A DNA stretch of 64,000 nt, taken from assembly GCA_964540785.1 (NCBI GenBank), contig CAZIOD010000003.1, positions 1,928 to 65,927 of the forward strand, written 5' to 3'. The notes below the pieces were generated by a model. That model saw nothing but the letters and a program-made list of their open reading frames with translations, was not told the DNA's origin and searched no databases. Position numbers and translations under genes: made by a program. The stretch is from an uncultured Terricaulis sp. GTDB taxonomy: Bacteria; Pseudomonadota; Alphaproteobacteria; Caulobacterales; Aquidulcibacteraceae. This document shows, piece by piece, positions 1 through 9,463 of this stretch (position 1 is its first letter; each line of letters begins with the position of its first letter).

Positions 1-1128
1 GTAAATGACCGACAGATCACCGATGACACGCGGCTGAAGGCGGCGCTGCCCACGATAAAGGCGCTGCTCGATCGCGACTGCCTTCCAATCCTGGTTGCGC
101 ACTTCGATCGACCGAAAGGCAAGTTCGTCTCGAGCATGTCGCTCCGGTTTATCGCCGAGCCTCTCAGCAAACTCATCGGCGCCCCCGTGACGTTCGTCGA
201 AGAGTGCGTCGGCGAGAAAGTCTGGAATGCGATCGATGCAGCGCCGCGCGGCAGCGTGATCTTGCTTGAAAACGTCCGCTTCTATCCCGGAGAAGAGAAG
301 AACGATCCCGAGTTCGCCAAGGCGCTCGCGGGGCTGCCAGGGACGCAATACGCCGACATCTACGTCAACGATGCGTTCTCCGCCTCGCACCGCGCGCACG
401 CGTCAACAGAAGGCGTCGCGCACGTCCTCCCGGCCTACGCCGGCAAGCAGATGGAGCGCGAGCTCGACGCGCTCGATGCAGCGCTCGGCAATCCCAAGCG
501 CCCCGTGCTCGGCATCGTCGGCGGCGCAAAAGTTTCCACCAAGCTCGACCTCTTGCAGAACCTCATCGCCAAGCTCGACAAGCTCGCCATCGGCGGGGGC
601 ATGGCCAACACGTTCCTGTTCGCGCAAGGGCACGAAATCGGCGGCTCGCTCGCCGAGCGCGACATGGCCAATGCGGCGCGCGACATCCTCGCCGCCGCCG
701 AGGGCAAATGCGAAATCCTGCTGCCGTTGGATGTCGTCGTCGCCAAGGAGGTGAAGCCGCACACCGAAGCGCGTATGTGCAAGCTCGACGACATCCAGGC
801 TGACGAAAAAATCCTCGACGTGGGCGAAAAAACGGTTCGTCACCTGCGCGAGGCGATGAAGCACTCGCAGACGCTGATCTGGAACGGCCCGCTCGGCCTG
901 TTCGAGATGCCGCCTTTCGATCAGGGCACGGTGCTGGTGGCCCAGGCCGCGGCTGAGCTCGCCAAGTCGGGCACGCTCGTCGCCGTGGCGGGCGGCGGCG
1001 ACACCGTCGCCGCGCTCAATCACGCCGGCGTCGCCGGCGACTTCACCTTCGTCTCCACCGCCGGCGGCGCCTTCCTGGAATGGATGGAAGGCAAAGCCCT
1101 GCCCGGGGTCGAGGCGCTCAAGTCATGA
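1..1128 (+). CDS. pgk: Phosphoglycerate kinase (5'-truncated by window edge)
   Basis: Frame open from base 1 (VNDRQITDDTRLKAALPTI...HFDRPKG). PGK motifs LLENVRF, NDAF..HRAHAS, GGAKVSTK, GGGDT, STAGGAFLE. Confidence 0.97.
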   Translation, partial: VNDRQITDDTRLKAALPTIKALLDRDCLPILVAHFDRPKGKFVSSMSLRFIAEPLSKLIGAPVTFVEECVGEKVWNAIDAAPRGSVILLENVRFYPGEEKNDPEFAKALAGLPGTQYADIYVNDAFSASHRAHASTEGVAHVLPAYAGKQMERELDALDAALGNPKRPVLGIVGGAKVSTKLDLLQNLIAKLDKLAIGGGMANTFLFAQGHEIGGSLAERDMANAARDILAAAEGKCEILLPLDVVVAKEVKPHTEARMCKLDDIQADEKILDVGEKTVRHLREAMKHSQTLIWNGPLGLFEMPPFDQGTVLVAQAAAELAKSGTLVAVAGGGDTVAALNHAGVAGDFTFVSTAGGAFLEWMEGKALPGVEALKS

Positions 1129-1347
1129 GCGCAACATGGCCTCCGGGCAAACTCGCGCGCAACGAGCAGCGGAAGCTGACCGCCGCGAGTTGGAATGCCA
1201 TCGGGCGGCCGTTGTAGCCATCGGGTTCGTGCAACCCATTGTGAATAGCGACTTATCGGTTCTCGCAGTTGTGAAATTGGCCGTTGCCGCAATGGTGGGC
1301 TTCTGCACCAGCACGCCAAGCGCCTGTTAGCGCAGCTGGATGACTAA
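1125..1347 (+). pseudogene. Frameshifted small membrane protein (NEQRKLTA..WNA type)
   Basis: ATG overlaps the pgk stop (ATGA). MSATWPPGKLARNEQRKLTAASWNAIG continues in another frame as AVVAIGFVQPIVNSDLSVLAVVKLAVAAMVG, then shifts again to LHQHAKRLLAQLDD-TAA (1345-1347). Confidence 0.5.
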
Positions 1348-1349
1348 CG

Positions 1350-1493
1350 ATGCAGGAATGGGCCGAATTCCTATTCATGATGGGTGGCCTGGGCTCTTTC
1401 GCCTTCCTGCTTTGGATCGGCGAGCAGAAGAGCAAGCGTGAATGGAAACGCGGCATGGAAGCTGATGAGGCCGCCCGGAAGGCGGCAGAGTAA
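1350..1493 (+). CDS. 47-aa single-TM small protein
   Basis: MQEWAEFLFMMGGLGSFAFLLWIGEQKSKREWKRGMEADEAARKAAE*. One hydrophobic helix plus a charged tail; starts 2 nt after the upstream stop. Below the ORF-track cutoff. Confidence 0.6.
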   Translation: MQEWAEFLFMMGGLGSFAFLLWIGEQKSKREWKRGMEADEAARKAAE

Positions 1494-1634
1494 GCTTCTT
1501 CCCCGTAAAGCGTCTTTTCCGCGATAGTTTTCCCCAGGCTCCCGCCTGCCGTGGCGTTTTGCGCGCGTCCGCGCTAAATCCCCCGCATCCAGTCAAAACG
1601 CCGGGGTTTTCCCGCACATCCCAAGAGGCAGAAC

Positions 1635-2657
1635 GTGAATCTCGAAGCATTGGCGAAGGTCGCCGACGACATGGTGCAGCCGGGCAAAGGCATCCTGGCG
1701 GCAGACGAAAGCACCGGCACGATCAAGAAGCGTTTCGATGCGATCGGCGTGGAATGCACCGAAGACAACCGGCGCGACTATCGCGAGCTGATGTTCCGCG
1801 CCAAGGATGCGATGCAATACGTCTCCGGCGTCATCCTGTTCGACGAAACCATTTGGCAGAACGCCAAGGACGGCACCGCGTTGGTGAAGCTGATCACCGA
1901 CGCCGGCGCTATCCCCGGCATCAAGGTGGACGAAGGCACCAGACCGCTGCACGGCGGCAAGCCCGGGGAGCTGATCACCAAAGGTCTCGACGGTCTCGAT
2001 AAGCGCTTGCCGAAGTACTACGAACGCGGCGCCCGCTTCGCCAAATGGCGCGCCGTGATCGATCCGACCAATGTTTCTTACGCCGGCGTTCTCGCCAATG
2101 CGCACGCGCTCGCGCGCTACGCCAATCTCTGCCAGGAATTCGACATCGTGCCGATCGTCGAGCCGGAAGTCCTGATGGATGGAGACAACTCGATCGAGCA
2201 AACCTACGAAGTGACCGAATGGGTGCTGAAGGAGACCTTCCAGCAGCTCTACTACATGAACGTGAAGCTCGAAGGCGCCATCCTGAAGCCGAACATGATC
2301 GTGCCCGGCAAGAAGGCCGCCAGACAGGCGAGCGTTGACGAAGTCGCCGAGCAGACGATCAAGTGCCTCAAGGCTTGTGTGCCGGCCGCGGTGCCGGGCA
2401 TCGCCTTCCTCTCCGGCGGTCAGAGCGATGAGCAAGCCACCGCGCACCTCTCGCGCATGAACGAAATCGGCGGTTTCCCGTGGCAGATGACGTTCAGCTA
2501 TGGGCGAGCGTTGCAGGCTGCGCCTCAGAAAGCGTGGGCCGGCAAGTCCGAAAATGTCGCCGCTGCACAGGGCGCTTTCCTGCACCGCGCGCGCATGAAT
2601 GGTCTGGCCAGCCAGGGCAAGTGGAACGACGTGCTGGAACGTCAGCAGGCAGCGTAA
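1635..2657 (+). CDS. fba: Class I fructose-bisphosphate aldolase
   Basis: GKGILAADEST, GVILFDET, GIKVD, ARFAKWRAV, VPIVEPEVLMDG, ILKPNMI, FLSGGQS, TFSYGRALQ. Confidence 0.95.
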   Translation: MNLEALAKVADDMVQPGKGILAADESTGTIKKRFDAIGVECTEDNRRDYRELMFRAKDAMQYVSGVILFDETIWQNAKDGTALVKLITDAGAIPGIKVDEGTRPLHGGKPGELITKGLDGLDKRLPKYYERGARFAKWRAVIDPTNVSYAGVLANAHALARYANLCQEFDIVPIVEPEVLMDGDNSIEQTYEVTEWVLKETFQQLYYMNVKLEGAILKPNMIVPGKKAARQASVDEVAEQTIKCLKACVPAAVPGIAFLSGGQSDEQATAHLSRMNEIGGFPWQMTFSYGRALQAAPQKAWAGKSENVAAAQGAFLHRARMNGLASQGKWNDVLERQQAA

Positions 2658-2672
2658 CAGCTGTTTAGTGAA

Positions 2673-2703
2673 GGGCGCCGGTGCGCCAAGGCCACCGGCG
2701 CCC
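2673..2703. terminator. GC-rich hairpin downstream of fba
   Basis: Perfect 11-bp inverted repeat gggcgccggtg-N9-caccggcgccc, flanked by ctgttt/aaacag. No clear U-tract. Confidence 0.45.
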
Positions 2704-2758
2704 CAAACAGCATCTGACGTCTAACGCCTGGCGCTTATTGCCGCTAAGCTCGCGCCCG

Positions 2759-4363
2759 ATGTCCGCGGCGGCCTCCATTTCCGTTATCGTCTGCAGCGAC
2801 GGGCGCGCAAAGGCCCTGGCGCACTTGCACGCTGCGCTCGCCCATCAACATTACGCCCGTTTTGAACTGGTCTATGTCATCGGTCCGACCGAGGACGGGG
2901 CCTGGGAACAGGTCGAGCGCTGGGCCGGCGCCGGCGGTGTGAAACACGCACGCTGCAGCGAACGCAATCTCTCGCAGGCGCGCAATATGGGCCTCGCGCT
3001 CGCGGCGGGCGACCTCGTGGCCTTCATCGACGACGATGCGCTACCCGAACCGGAGTGGCTGACGCAGCTCGCCCGCCCGTTCGCCGATGCGCGCGTCGGC
3101 GGCGCCAGCGGGGCGGTGATCGATTTCACAGGCGTCGATTTCCAGTTCCGGTTTTCCGCCGCCGACCGCTTCGGCGCCTCGCACCACCTCGACGCGCCGT
3201 TCGAAGACGGCGCTTATCCGCTCTCGGCGCTATTTCCCCACGTCATGGGCGCCAATTGCATGTTCCGCCGAGACCTGCTGGCCGAACTCGGCGGCTTCGA
3301 CGAAGAATACGAATATTATCTCGACGAAACCGATCTCTGCTGCCGTCTGATCGACGAAGGCTGGCTCATCGCCCAGGCTGGCGATGCGCCAGTGCACCAC
3401 AAATTCCTGCCCAGCCGCCTGCGCGACGCCGCACGCGTGCTGGTCGCCAAGTATCCGGTGCTGAAGAACAAGCTTTATTACGCACTAATCAACAATCGCG
3501 GTCATGCATCGATGGGCGAGATTATCGCCGACGCAAGCGCCTTCTTTGCCCGCCACCGCGCCGATCTCGTGCAGTATGTCCAGCGCGGCCAGGCGCCAGC
3601 ATTGGCGCTGGAGGATTTCGACGCCGATGTCGAGAAGGCCTGGCGCGTTGGTCTGGCGCGCGGGCTTTCGGGCGAACGGCGTCTGCGCGCACCGGCCGAC
3701 TTTGCCGATCCGCCGTCATTCGCCGCTTTCGCAAGCCGCACCCGCGCTGCAGCCCCGCGCAGTTTTGCGCTGCTCGCCGGCGCCGACAGCCCCGCCGAAG
3801 CACACGCCTTCGCCGCCGCCCTCGCTGCGCTCGGCCACGACGTCCATCTCATCCTCGGCGGCGCCGAGTACGAAGAAGTCGAGTTCATCGACGGCGTCTG
3901 GGTGCGCCGGCGCGGTATGCGCTATACGCCGATCACCGCCCCGCCGCGCGCGGCCGGCGTCAGCGAACCGCTCTGGCGCCTTTACGCCAATGTTGACGCC
4001 GAGCTGGCCCGTGTCGCCGAATTTCGTACGCTAGACGCGGTGCTTGACATGAGCGGCCTGGGGCTTGGGGCCGGCGCGATCTGGCGCGGGGCGCGCAATC
4101 TGGTCGTACGCTTGGAGGGCGACGGCTTGCGCGCGCCGCCCGGGATAGAAGACGCCGGCCAGGCCCTTTCCGCCATCGAAGCGCTTCTCTCCGCCGGCGC
4201 TGCGCGGGTCATCGTCGACGATCTGGCTGCGCGGCAGAAGGCAGCCGCGCGCATTGGCGCCGAACTCACCGCGCGCGCAGAAACACTGCCCCTGCGGGCC
4301 GGGACTGCCTCGCGTTTTGCCGCGCAACCGTTGGCGGTTTCCGCACGAGCCAACCCCCTTTGA
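2759..4363 (+). CDS. GT2 glycosyltransferase with partial GT4-like C-terminal extension
   Basis: ISVIV, ARNMGL, VAFIDDDA, GANCMFRR, GGFDE..DETDLCCRL; later ALAALGHDVHLI resembles a GT4 N-domain. ATG 2759 chosen as start. Confidence 0.85.
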   Translation: MSAAASISVIVCSDGRAKALAHLHAALAHQHYARFELVYVIGPTEDGAWEQVERWAGAGGVKHARCSERNLSQARNMGLALAAGDLVAFIDDDALPEPEWLTQLARPFADARVGGASGAVIDFTGVDFQFRFSAADRFGASHHLDAPFEDGAYPLSALFPHVMGANCMFRRDLLAELGGFDEEYEYYLDETDLCCRLIDEGWLIAQAGDAPVHHKFLPSRLRDAARVLVAKYPVLKNKLYYALINNRGHASMGEIIADASAFFARHRADLVQYVQRGQAPALALEDFDADVEKAWRVGLARGLSGERRLRAPADFADPPSFAAFASRTRAAAPRSFALLAGADSPAEAHAFAAALAALGHDVHLILGGAEYEEVEFIDGVWVRRRGMRYTPITAPPRAAGVSEPLWRLYANVDAELARVAEFRTLDAVLDMSGLGLGAGAIWRGARNLVVRLEGDGLRAPPGIEDAGQALSAIEALLSAGAARVIVDDLAARQKAAARIGAELTARAETLPLRAGTASRFAAQPLAVSARANPL

Positions 4364-4432
4364 CCCGTCGCTCTTGCCATTTGCCGTCTCACGCGCTTCC
4401 CTGCCCCTGGGCGCTACGGCGCGGGGAGGCAA

Positions 4433-6055
4433 ATGGCTAAGGATGGCGAAGAGGCGCGCGCCGGCGGCGCGCTGGCCTTCTCGGTCGTCGTTCCGACGTT
4501 CAACGGCGGCGAATTGCTGCGCGCGTGCCTCAAAAGCATCGCCGCGCTGGACTTCCCGCGCGCGCGCTTCGAGGTGCTGGTCGTCGACAACAAATCGACC
4601 GACGCCACTCCTGCAATCATCGACAGCTTCGGCTTCACCCGCCTCGAAGAGCGCACCCATCAGAGTTCCTACGCCGCCCGCAATGTCGGCATTCGCGCCG
4701 CACGCGGAGAATTCATCGCTTTCACCGACAGCGACTGCGAGGTTGCGCCCGATTGGCTGACCGAACTCTTGGCCGCCGCACGCGACAATCCCAACGCCGG
4801 CTGCATTGCCGGCGAGATCCTGGCGTTCCCACCCTCGACGCCCGTCGAACGCTATTCGGAAAAAATCGGCTTGCTGCGCCAGCGCGGGCCCCTTTCCGGC
4901 TGGCACTTCAAGCCCTACGCGCAAACCGCCAACGCCGCCTATAGGCGCGATGTGTTTGACCGTATTGGCGTCTTCGAGCCGACCATGAAGTCAGGCGGGG
5001 ACGCCGAGATCGCCTGGCGAATGCTCGACAAGACCGACTACGAGATCAAGTTCGCGCCGGACGCCAAGGTCTATCACCATCACCGCACCAGCGTGCGCGA
5101 TCTGTGGGCGCAGTTTCATCGTTACGGCGGCGGCAAACTGAGCTGGGCGCGCGCGCGCACGGACTACACGCCGCCCCAATGGACCAAGATCCAAGACGAA
5201 CTTGTCGATGCGCTCGACACGCACGCAGCGGCGCTGATGCAGGCGGACGCAGAAGAAGAGCGCTATCTTTTCCCGTTGTTTGGCCTCGTCTCGAAGGCGG
5301 CCCATCTTAGCGGCTATACCGAAGACATATTGCGCGCGTTAGCGCCCGGAGCGACGCCAGCCGAGTGGGCGGCGCTCGCCGCGCGCGGCGCGCCCGCCGC
5401 GTCCAGTACGAAAACTCCTAGCGCGCCCTTGCCGCCGACTTGCGTCGTCTGCGGGGCCAGCGCGTACGCGCCGGGCCCCGGCGGCCGCCTGGCGTACGGC
5501 GCACCGCCGCAATGCAAGGTCTGCGGCTCGCTGGAACGTCATCGCGCCATGCATGCGCTGCTCGCGGCCTGCAAGTCCATCGGCGCCGGCGATTGGCGCT
5601 GTCTGGCGCTCGGGGAAACCATGCGCCCGCAAAGCCGCATCTTCCGTGAAACCGTACTCGGGAGCGCCGGACATGAGATCGGCGCAGAGCACTTCGACAT
5701 CGTGTCCGGTGTCGGCCATTTCGAACGCGCGACCCAGGATTCGATCAGCGCCGCCCTCCACGATCTGTCGCTGCGGCTTAAGCCCAGCGGCTTACTGGTG
5801 TTCGCCCACGCTATGGCCCCGCCGCCGCCCCGCACCTCGCGCAAGCCAAAAGGCGGCTGGTCTGTCGGCGCCGACTTCGGGTGCCTCGCTTCACGTGCTC
5901 TGCCTGAATTCTCGATCATCAGTCTTCGCGTGCGTGATGAGCCGACGGGCGTCCTCACACCGGCAACGGCGATGGCGATGCACGAAAAGCCGTTGCAGCT
6001 CCTCGCGGAGCGCGTTCAAAGCGCAGGCGGCGCCGCCGAGTTCATCTCGATCTAA
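4433..6055 (+). CDS. GT2 glycosyltransferase fused to CxxC-CxxC / degenerate methyltransferase-like domain
   Basis: FSVVVPTFN, VVDNKSTD, ARNVGI, AFTDSDC; C-terminal CVVCG...CKVCGSLERHR and FDIV...LKPSGLL. Confidence 0.85.
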   Translation: MAKDGEEARAGGALAFSVVVPTFNGGELLRACLKSIAALDFPRARFEVLVVDNKSTDATPAIIDSFGFTRLEERTHQSSYAARNVGIRAARGEFIAFTDSDCEVAPDWLTELLAAARDNPNAGCIAGEILAFPPSTPVERYSEKIGLLRQRGPLSGWHFKPYAQTANAAYRRDVFDRIGVFEPTMKSGGDAEIAWRMLDKTDYEIKFAPDAKVYHHHRTSVRDLWAQFHRYGGGKLSWARARTDYTPPQWTKIQDELVDALDTHAAALMQADAEEERYLFPLFGLVSKAAHLSGYTEDILRALAPGATPAEWAALAARGAPAASSTKTPSAPLPPTCVVCGASAYAPGPGGRLAYGAPPQCKVCGSLERHRAMHALLAACKSIGAGDWRCLALGETMRPQSRIFRETVLGSAGHEIGAEHFDIVSGVGHFERATQDSISAALHDLSLRLKPSGLLVFAHAMAPPPPRTSRKPKGGWSVGADFGCLASRALPEFSIISLRVRDEPTGVLTPATAMAMHEKPLQLLAERVQSAGGAAEFISI

Positions 6056-7674
6056 TTAACTATGATGCGCATTTCCGTTTCAAACGGCAGCTGAGCTTCG
6101 GCCGTGAGGATCAGCATCGGGGCGGGTGCGATACGGTTCAGACCCGGCGACCACCAGCCGGATTTGGGCGTCATTTCCCCTTCGGCCACACGCGCGCGCC
6201 ACACGCTGGAATCGAACTCGATGCGCGCCCGGACGCTCTTGAAGCGCGCTTCCAGAACCCCGCCCGACAGGCGATGAGCGCACGGATGCAACTGGAGCCG
6301 GCTCTCGATCAGATGACGTTCGACGCCGGCAATCCGATCGATAATGCGCCACTCACGGCGCCCGGAGATGCAAATTATTCGCCGGCTGTGCCGCACATCG
6401 ATGCGTTGTGGGCCGTAGCCTAGCCGGTATTCGCCAAACACCTCCACGCTCGCGCCGGTCCGCTCAACGAGAGCGATCGGCGTCTCTGCGCGCCACGCGC
6501 CGGGACTGGCGCGCGCGTTCTGTCCCTGGCCGTCTATGGTCACGGTGGAGTGCGCGTGCGTCGAGCGCAGATAAGCGTAGAAACTTTCTTCGCCGGGCTC
6601 GTAAAGATAGCGGCCGGGATCGACGATGATGTCGTCTTCGCCAACGCTTAACCAGAAGCCCAATTTGTCTTCGTGTTGATGGCCCGTTCCAAACGGCCCG
6701 GAGTCGAACACGAGCAAGGAGTTCGTTTGCCGGTCGCGTACGGAGACGACGCCCGCGTGCTCGAACACGCGCACATGGAAATCAGGTTCACACCACGGTG
6801 AGCGGGCGCGAGCCAGAAATGCGCCAATTCTCGGTCCGTAATCGGCGTCGGAGTCGCCGAGCGACACCAAGCGACCGCCCGGCGTCATCAGCGCATCGAG
6901 GAAATCCGCCATCGGCGCGGCCGCCTCCGCCAGCATGCCCACCTGCCGGCCGCATGCTGCCGACATTTCCACGATGGAGTGAATGAGTTCGGCGGCAACC
7001 CAGTGGTAGTGAGGTGAAAGTTCTTGTTGCACGCCGTCCGGGAGGATCTGCTGCTTTACCGCTTGCCCGGCGTAGCCTTCGCAGATGCGGAGCAACGCAG
7101 CGCGATGCGGAAACGCCCTATTTGAAAGCAGGGCGAACATCAGCGCCCGCAACGCCAGCAACGACCAATTGTCCCCAAAACCGCGCGCGCGAAGCTGGCG
7201 CAACGCCACCCGCACGTGTTCGCGCGCGCACGAGTTGAAGCGCCGCCAATTGAGTTCGTCCCATGTGAGGACGCCTCGGGTCTGACTTACGAAGCGGAGC
7301 CAGTTTTCGAGCCGAATCGTAATGTTCAGCAAATTGCCCCAGGCATAGCGCGACGGCGTTGCGCTCGTTTCGCCGTGCTTGGCGATCCAATCCTGGATCA
7401 ATGCGGCGAGTTTATCGACCGAGCCCGAGCGCGCTCGATCGAGAAGGATGAGGAAGCCGAAGCGGTTGAGATCGTGGCCCCAATGCGCCGTGCCTGGATT
7501 GTGCTCCCAGTCGATGCTGCTGGGGAGTCGGAAGGTCTCGCCATAGAAACTGAAGATGTGCTCTTCGGGCGCTGTTCCGACGAAATGCTCCGCGCCGACA
7601 AGCGGCTCCGGCGGCGTACAATCGCCCCACCCCGACGTGGCCAAGTACTGCGCAAGGAGGGGCGACAACGTCAT
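6052..7674 (-). CDS. Heparinase II/III family protein
   Basis: DLNRF, NW, QILPDGVQQELSPHYH, GHQHEDKL, IVDPGRYLY, STHAHSTVTIDG. Confidence 0.85.
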   Translation of the reverse strand: MTLSPLLAQYLATSGWGDCTPPEPLVGAEHFVGTAPEEHIFSFYGETFRLPSSIDWEHNPGTAHWGHDLNRFGFLILLDRARSGSVDKLAALIQDWIAKHGETSATPSRYAWGNLLNITIRLENWLRFVSQTRGVLTWDELNWRRFNSCAREHVRVALRQLRARGFGDNWSLLALRALMFALLSNRAFPHRAALLRICEGYAGQAVKQQILPDGVQQELSPHYHWVAAELIHSIVEMSAACGRQVGMLAEAAAPMADFLDALMTPGGRLVSLGDSDADYGPRIGAFLARARSPWCEPDFHVRVFEHAGVVSVRDRQTNSLLVFDSGPFGTGHQHEDKLGFWLSVGEDDIIVDPGRYLYEPGEESFYAYLRSTHAHSTVTIDGQGQNARASPGAWRAETPIALVERTGASVEVFGEYRLGYGPQRIDVRHSRRIICISGRREWRIIDRIAGVERHLIESRLQLHPCAHRLSGGVLEARFKSVRARIEFDSSVWRARVAEGEMTPKSGWWSPGLNRIAPAPMLILTAEAQLPFETEMRIIVN

Positions 7675-7849
7675 CAGGACCCTTTAGCACAGCGGCTGCC
7701 TGAGGATTGTTCGACTGTCGCTGCAGATCCACATCTACATGATCTCAAACGTTTTCTTCGCTGGGTTAGGCCGCGTCCCGCGGCGATGTGGCTTAGAGGC
7801 TTGCGGGGTCTGCAGGCTCTATGACAATCACATTTCCGGGTGAGGGCTT

Positions 7850-8641
7850 ATGACGGCTGCCGTGACTCCGCTGGCTGAATACGGACGCGGCTTCGCGCGC
7901 GCGCAGGCCTGGCTGCTGCTTGCGTGGGATGACGTCAAGAATCGCTACCGGCGCACGACGCTGGGGCCGCTGTGGCTGACGCTGTCGCACGGAATCATGA
8001 TGTGCGGCATCGCGTTTGCGTTTTCGATGCTCTTTGGCCGGCCGCTGAAAGACTTTCTGCTTTACCTGTCGGCTGGACTGACAGTGTGGGTCTTCATTGC
8101 CGGTTCGCTGAACGAAGGCCCGCATATCTACCCCCGCAGTCAAAACTTGCTCTTCAGCTATGACTTGCCCGCGTCGGTGCATATTTTTCGCTTCGTTACC
8201 GGGCAAATCATCACCTTCGCGCACCAGATGCTGGTTTACCTCGCGGTGCTGGCTGTCGACCCAAGCGTGATCAACTGGAATATGCTCTGGTTCTTTCCCG
8301 GATTTGCTCTCTTGGCCATTGCCGCAGTTGGCTGGAGCACGTTGCTTGCGTTTCTCGGGGCGCGGTATCGCGACCTTCCGCCGGCTATCGGCGCAACCAC
8401 CCACCTTGCGTTCTTATTGACGCCCATCTTTTGGGAACGGACGCGTGTGCCCGAAGATGCGCTTTGGTTCGTGATGATGAACCCGTTCTATCATCTGATC
8501 GAGATGGTACGCGCACCATTGCTCGGCCGCCCGCCGGATCCAATGAACTGGATCGTGTCGGCAATTGTTGCAGCGCTGCTTGTTGGCGCGGGCGTAGCCC
8601 TCTACGCGAAAAAGCGTTCACGCCTCACCTATTGGCTCTAA
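7850..8641 (+). CDS. wzm: Polysaccharide ABC transporter permease
   Basis: DVKNRYRRTTLGPLW, ARYRDL, LTPIFW, NPFYHLIEMVRAPLLG; multiple TM helices. Confidence 0.92.
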   Translation: MTAAVTPLAEYGRGFARAQAWLLLAWDDVKNRYRRTTLGPLWLTLSHGIMMCGIAFAFSMLFGRPLKDFLLYLSAGLTVWVFIAGSLNEGPHIYPRSQNLLFSYDLPASVHIFRFVTGQIITFAHQMLVYLAVLAVDPSVINWNMLWFFPGFALLAIAAVGWSTLLAFLGARYRDLPPAIGATTHLAFLLTPIFWERTRVPEDALWFVMMNPFYHLIEMVRAPLLGRPPDPMNWIVSAIVAALLVGAGVALYAKKRSRLTYWL

Positions 8642-8644
8642 CGC

Positions 8645-9460
8645 ATGGCCTCTGTCTTTCTCTCCGACGTGCACCTGAGCTACCCGATCTATCATTCGGC
8701 GCGCGCCCAGTCGCTCTTGCGTCGCGTTGCGCAAACGGCAAGCCTCGGCCTGCTCGGCGGCAACGACACCGCCCACGTGCACGCGTTGCGCGGCGTCTCG
8801 GTGTCGCTGGTAGATGGCGATCGATTGGGCCTGATCGGTCGCAATGGCGCCGGCAAATCGACTTTGCTTCGCGTAATCGCCGGCGTGAGTTGGCCGCAAT
8901 CGGGCGTGCGCTTGATCGACGGGCGCCTGTCATGCCTGCTTAACGCCAATGCCGGGATCAGCCTCGACAAGACCGCCTTCGAGAACATCGACTTCGTGGG
9001 GCGCTTGATGCGCCTCAGTCGCGCGGAGCGGCAGGCAATGGCGTACGATATCGCCGAGTTTACCGAGCTCGGTCCGTTCCTCGATTACCCGGTGCGAACC
9101 TATTCGTCCGGTATGGCTGTGCGGCTTTCGTTTGCGCTTGCCACCTCGTTTCCGGGCGACATTTTCGTGGTCGATGAAGTTATCGGCGCCGGCGACGCTT
9201 TCTTCATCGAGCGGGCGCGCAAACGCGCTAAAGCAGCCTACACCGGTTCGCGGATCACGGTCATGGCTTCGCATGCCACCAGCGTGCTCAAGGATTTCTG
9301 CAACAAGGGGCTTTGGTTGGAACAAGGGCTCGTGGTCGATTACGGACCGATCGACGACGTGGTCGAACGCTACGAGAAGCAGCAGCCGCGATTCCCCGAA
9401 GGGGCGGCAGCCGACTTTACGACGCCGCCAAAAGTAGAAGCCGAATTCCCCGTTTTCTGA
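8645..9460 (+). CDS. wzt: Polysaccharide ABC transporter ATP-binding protein (no C-terminal CBM)
   Basis: Walker A GRNGAGKST, signature YSSGM, Walker B VVDE; 271 aa. Confidence 0.92.
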   Translation: MASVFLSDVHLSYPIYHSARAQSLLRRVAQTASLGLLGGNDTAHVHALRGVSVSLVDGDRLGLIGRNGAGKSTLLRVIAGVSWPQSGVRLIDGRLSCLLNANAGISLDKTAFENIDFVGRLMRLSRAERQAMAYDIAEFTELGPFLDYPVRTYSSGMAVRLSFALATSFPGDIFVVDEVIGAGDAFFIERARKRAKAAYTGSRITVMASHATSVLKDFCNKGLWLEQGLVVDYGPIDDVVERYEKQQPRFPEGAAADFTTPPKVEAEFPVF

Positions 9461-9463
9461 ACG

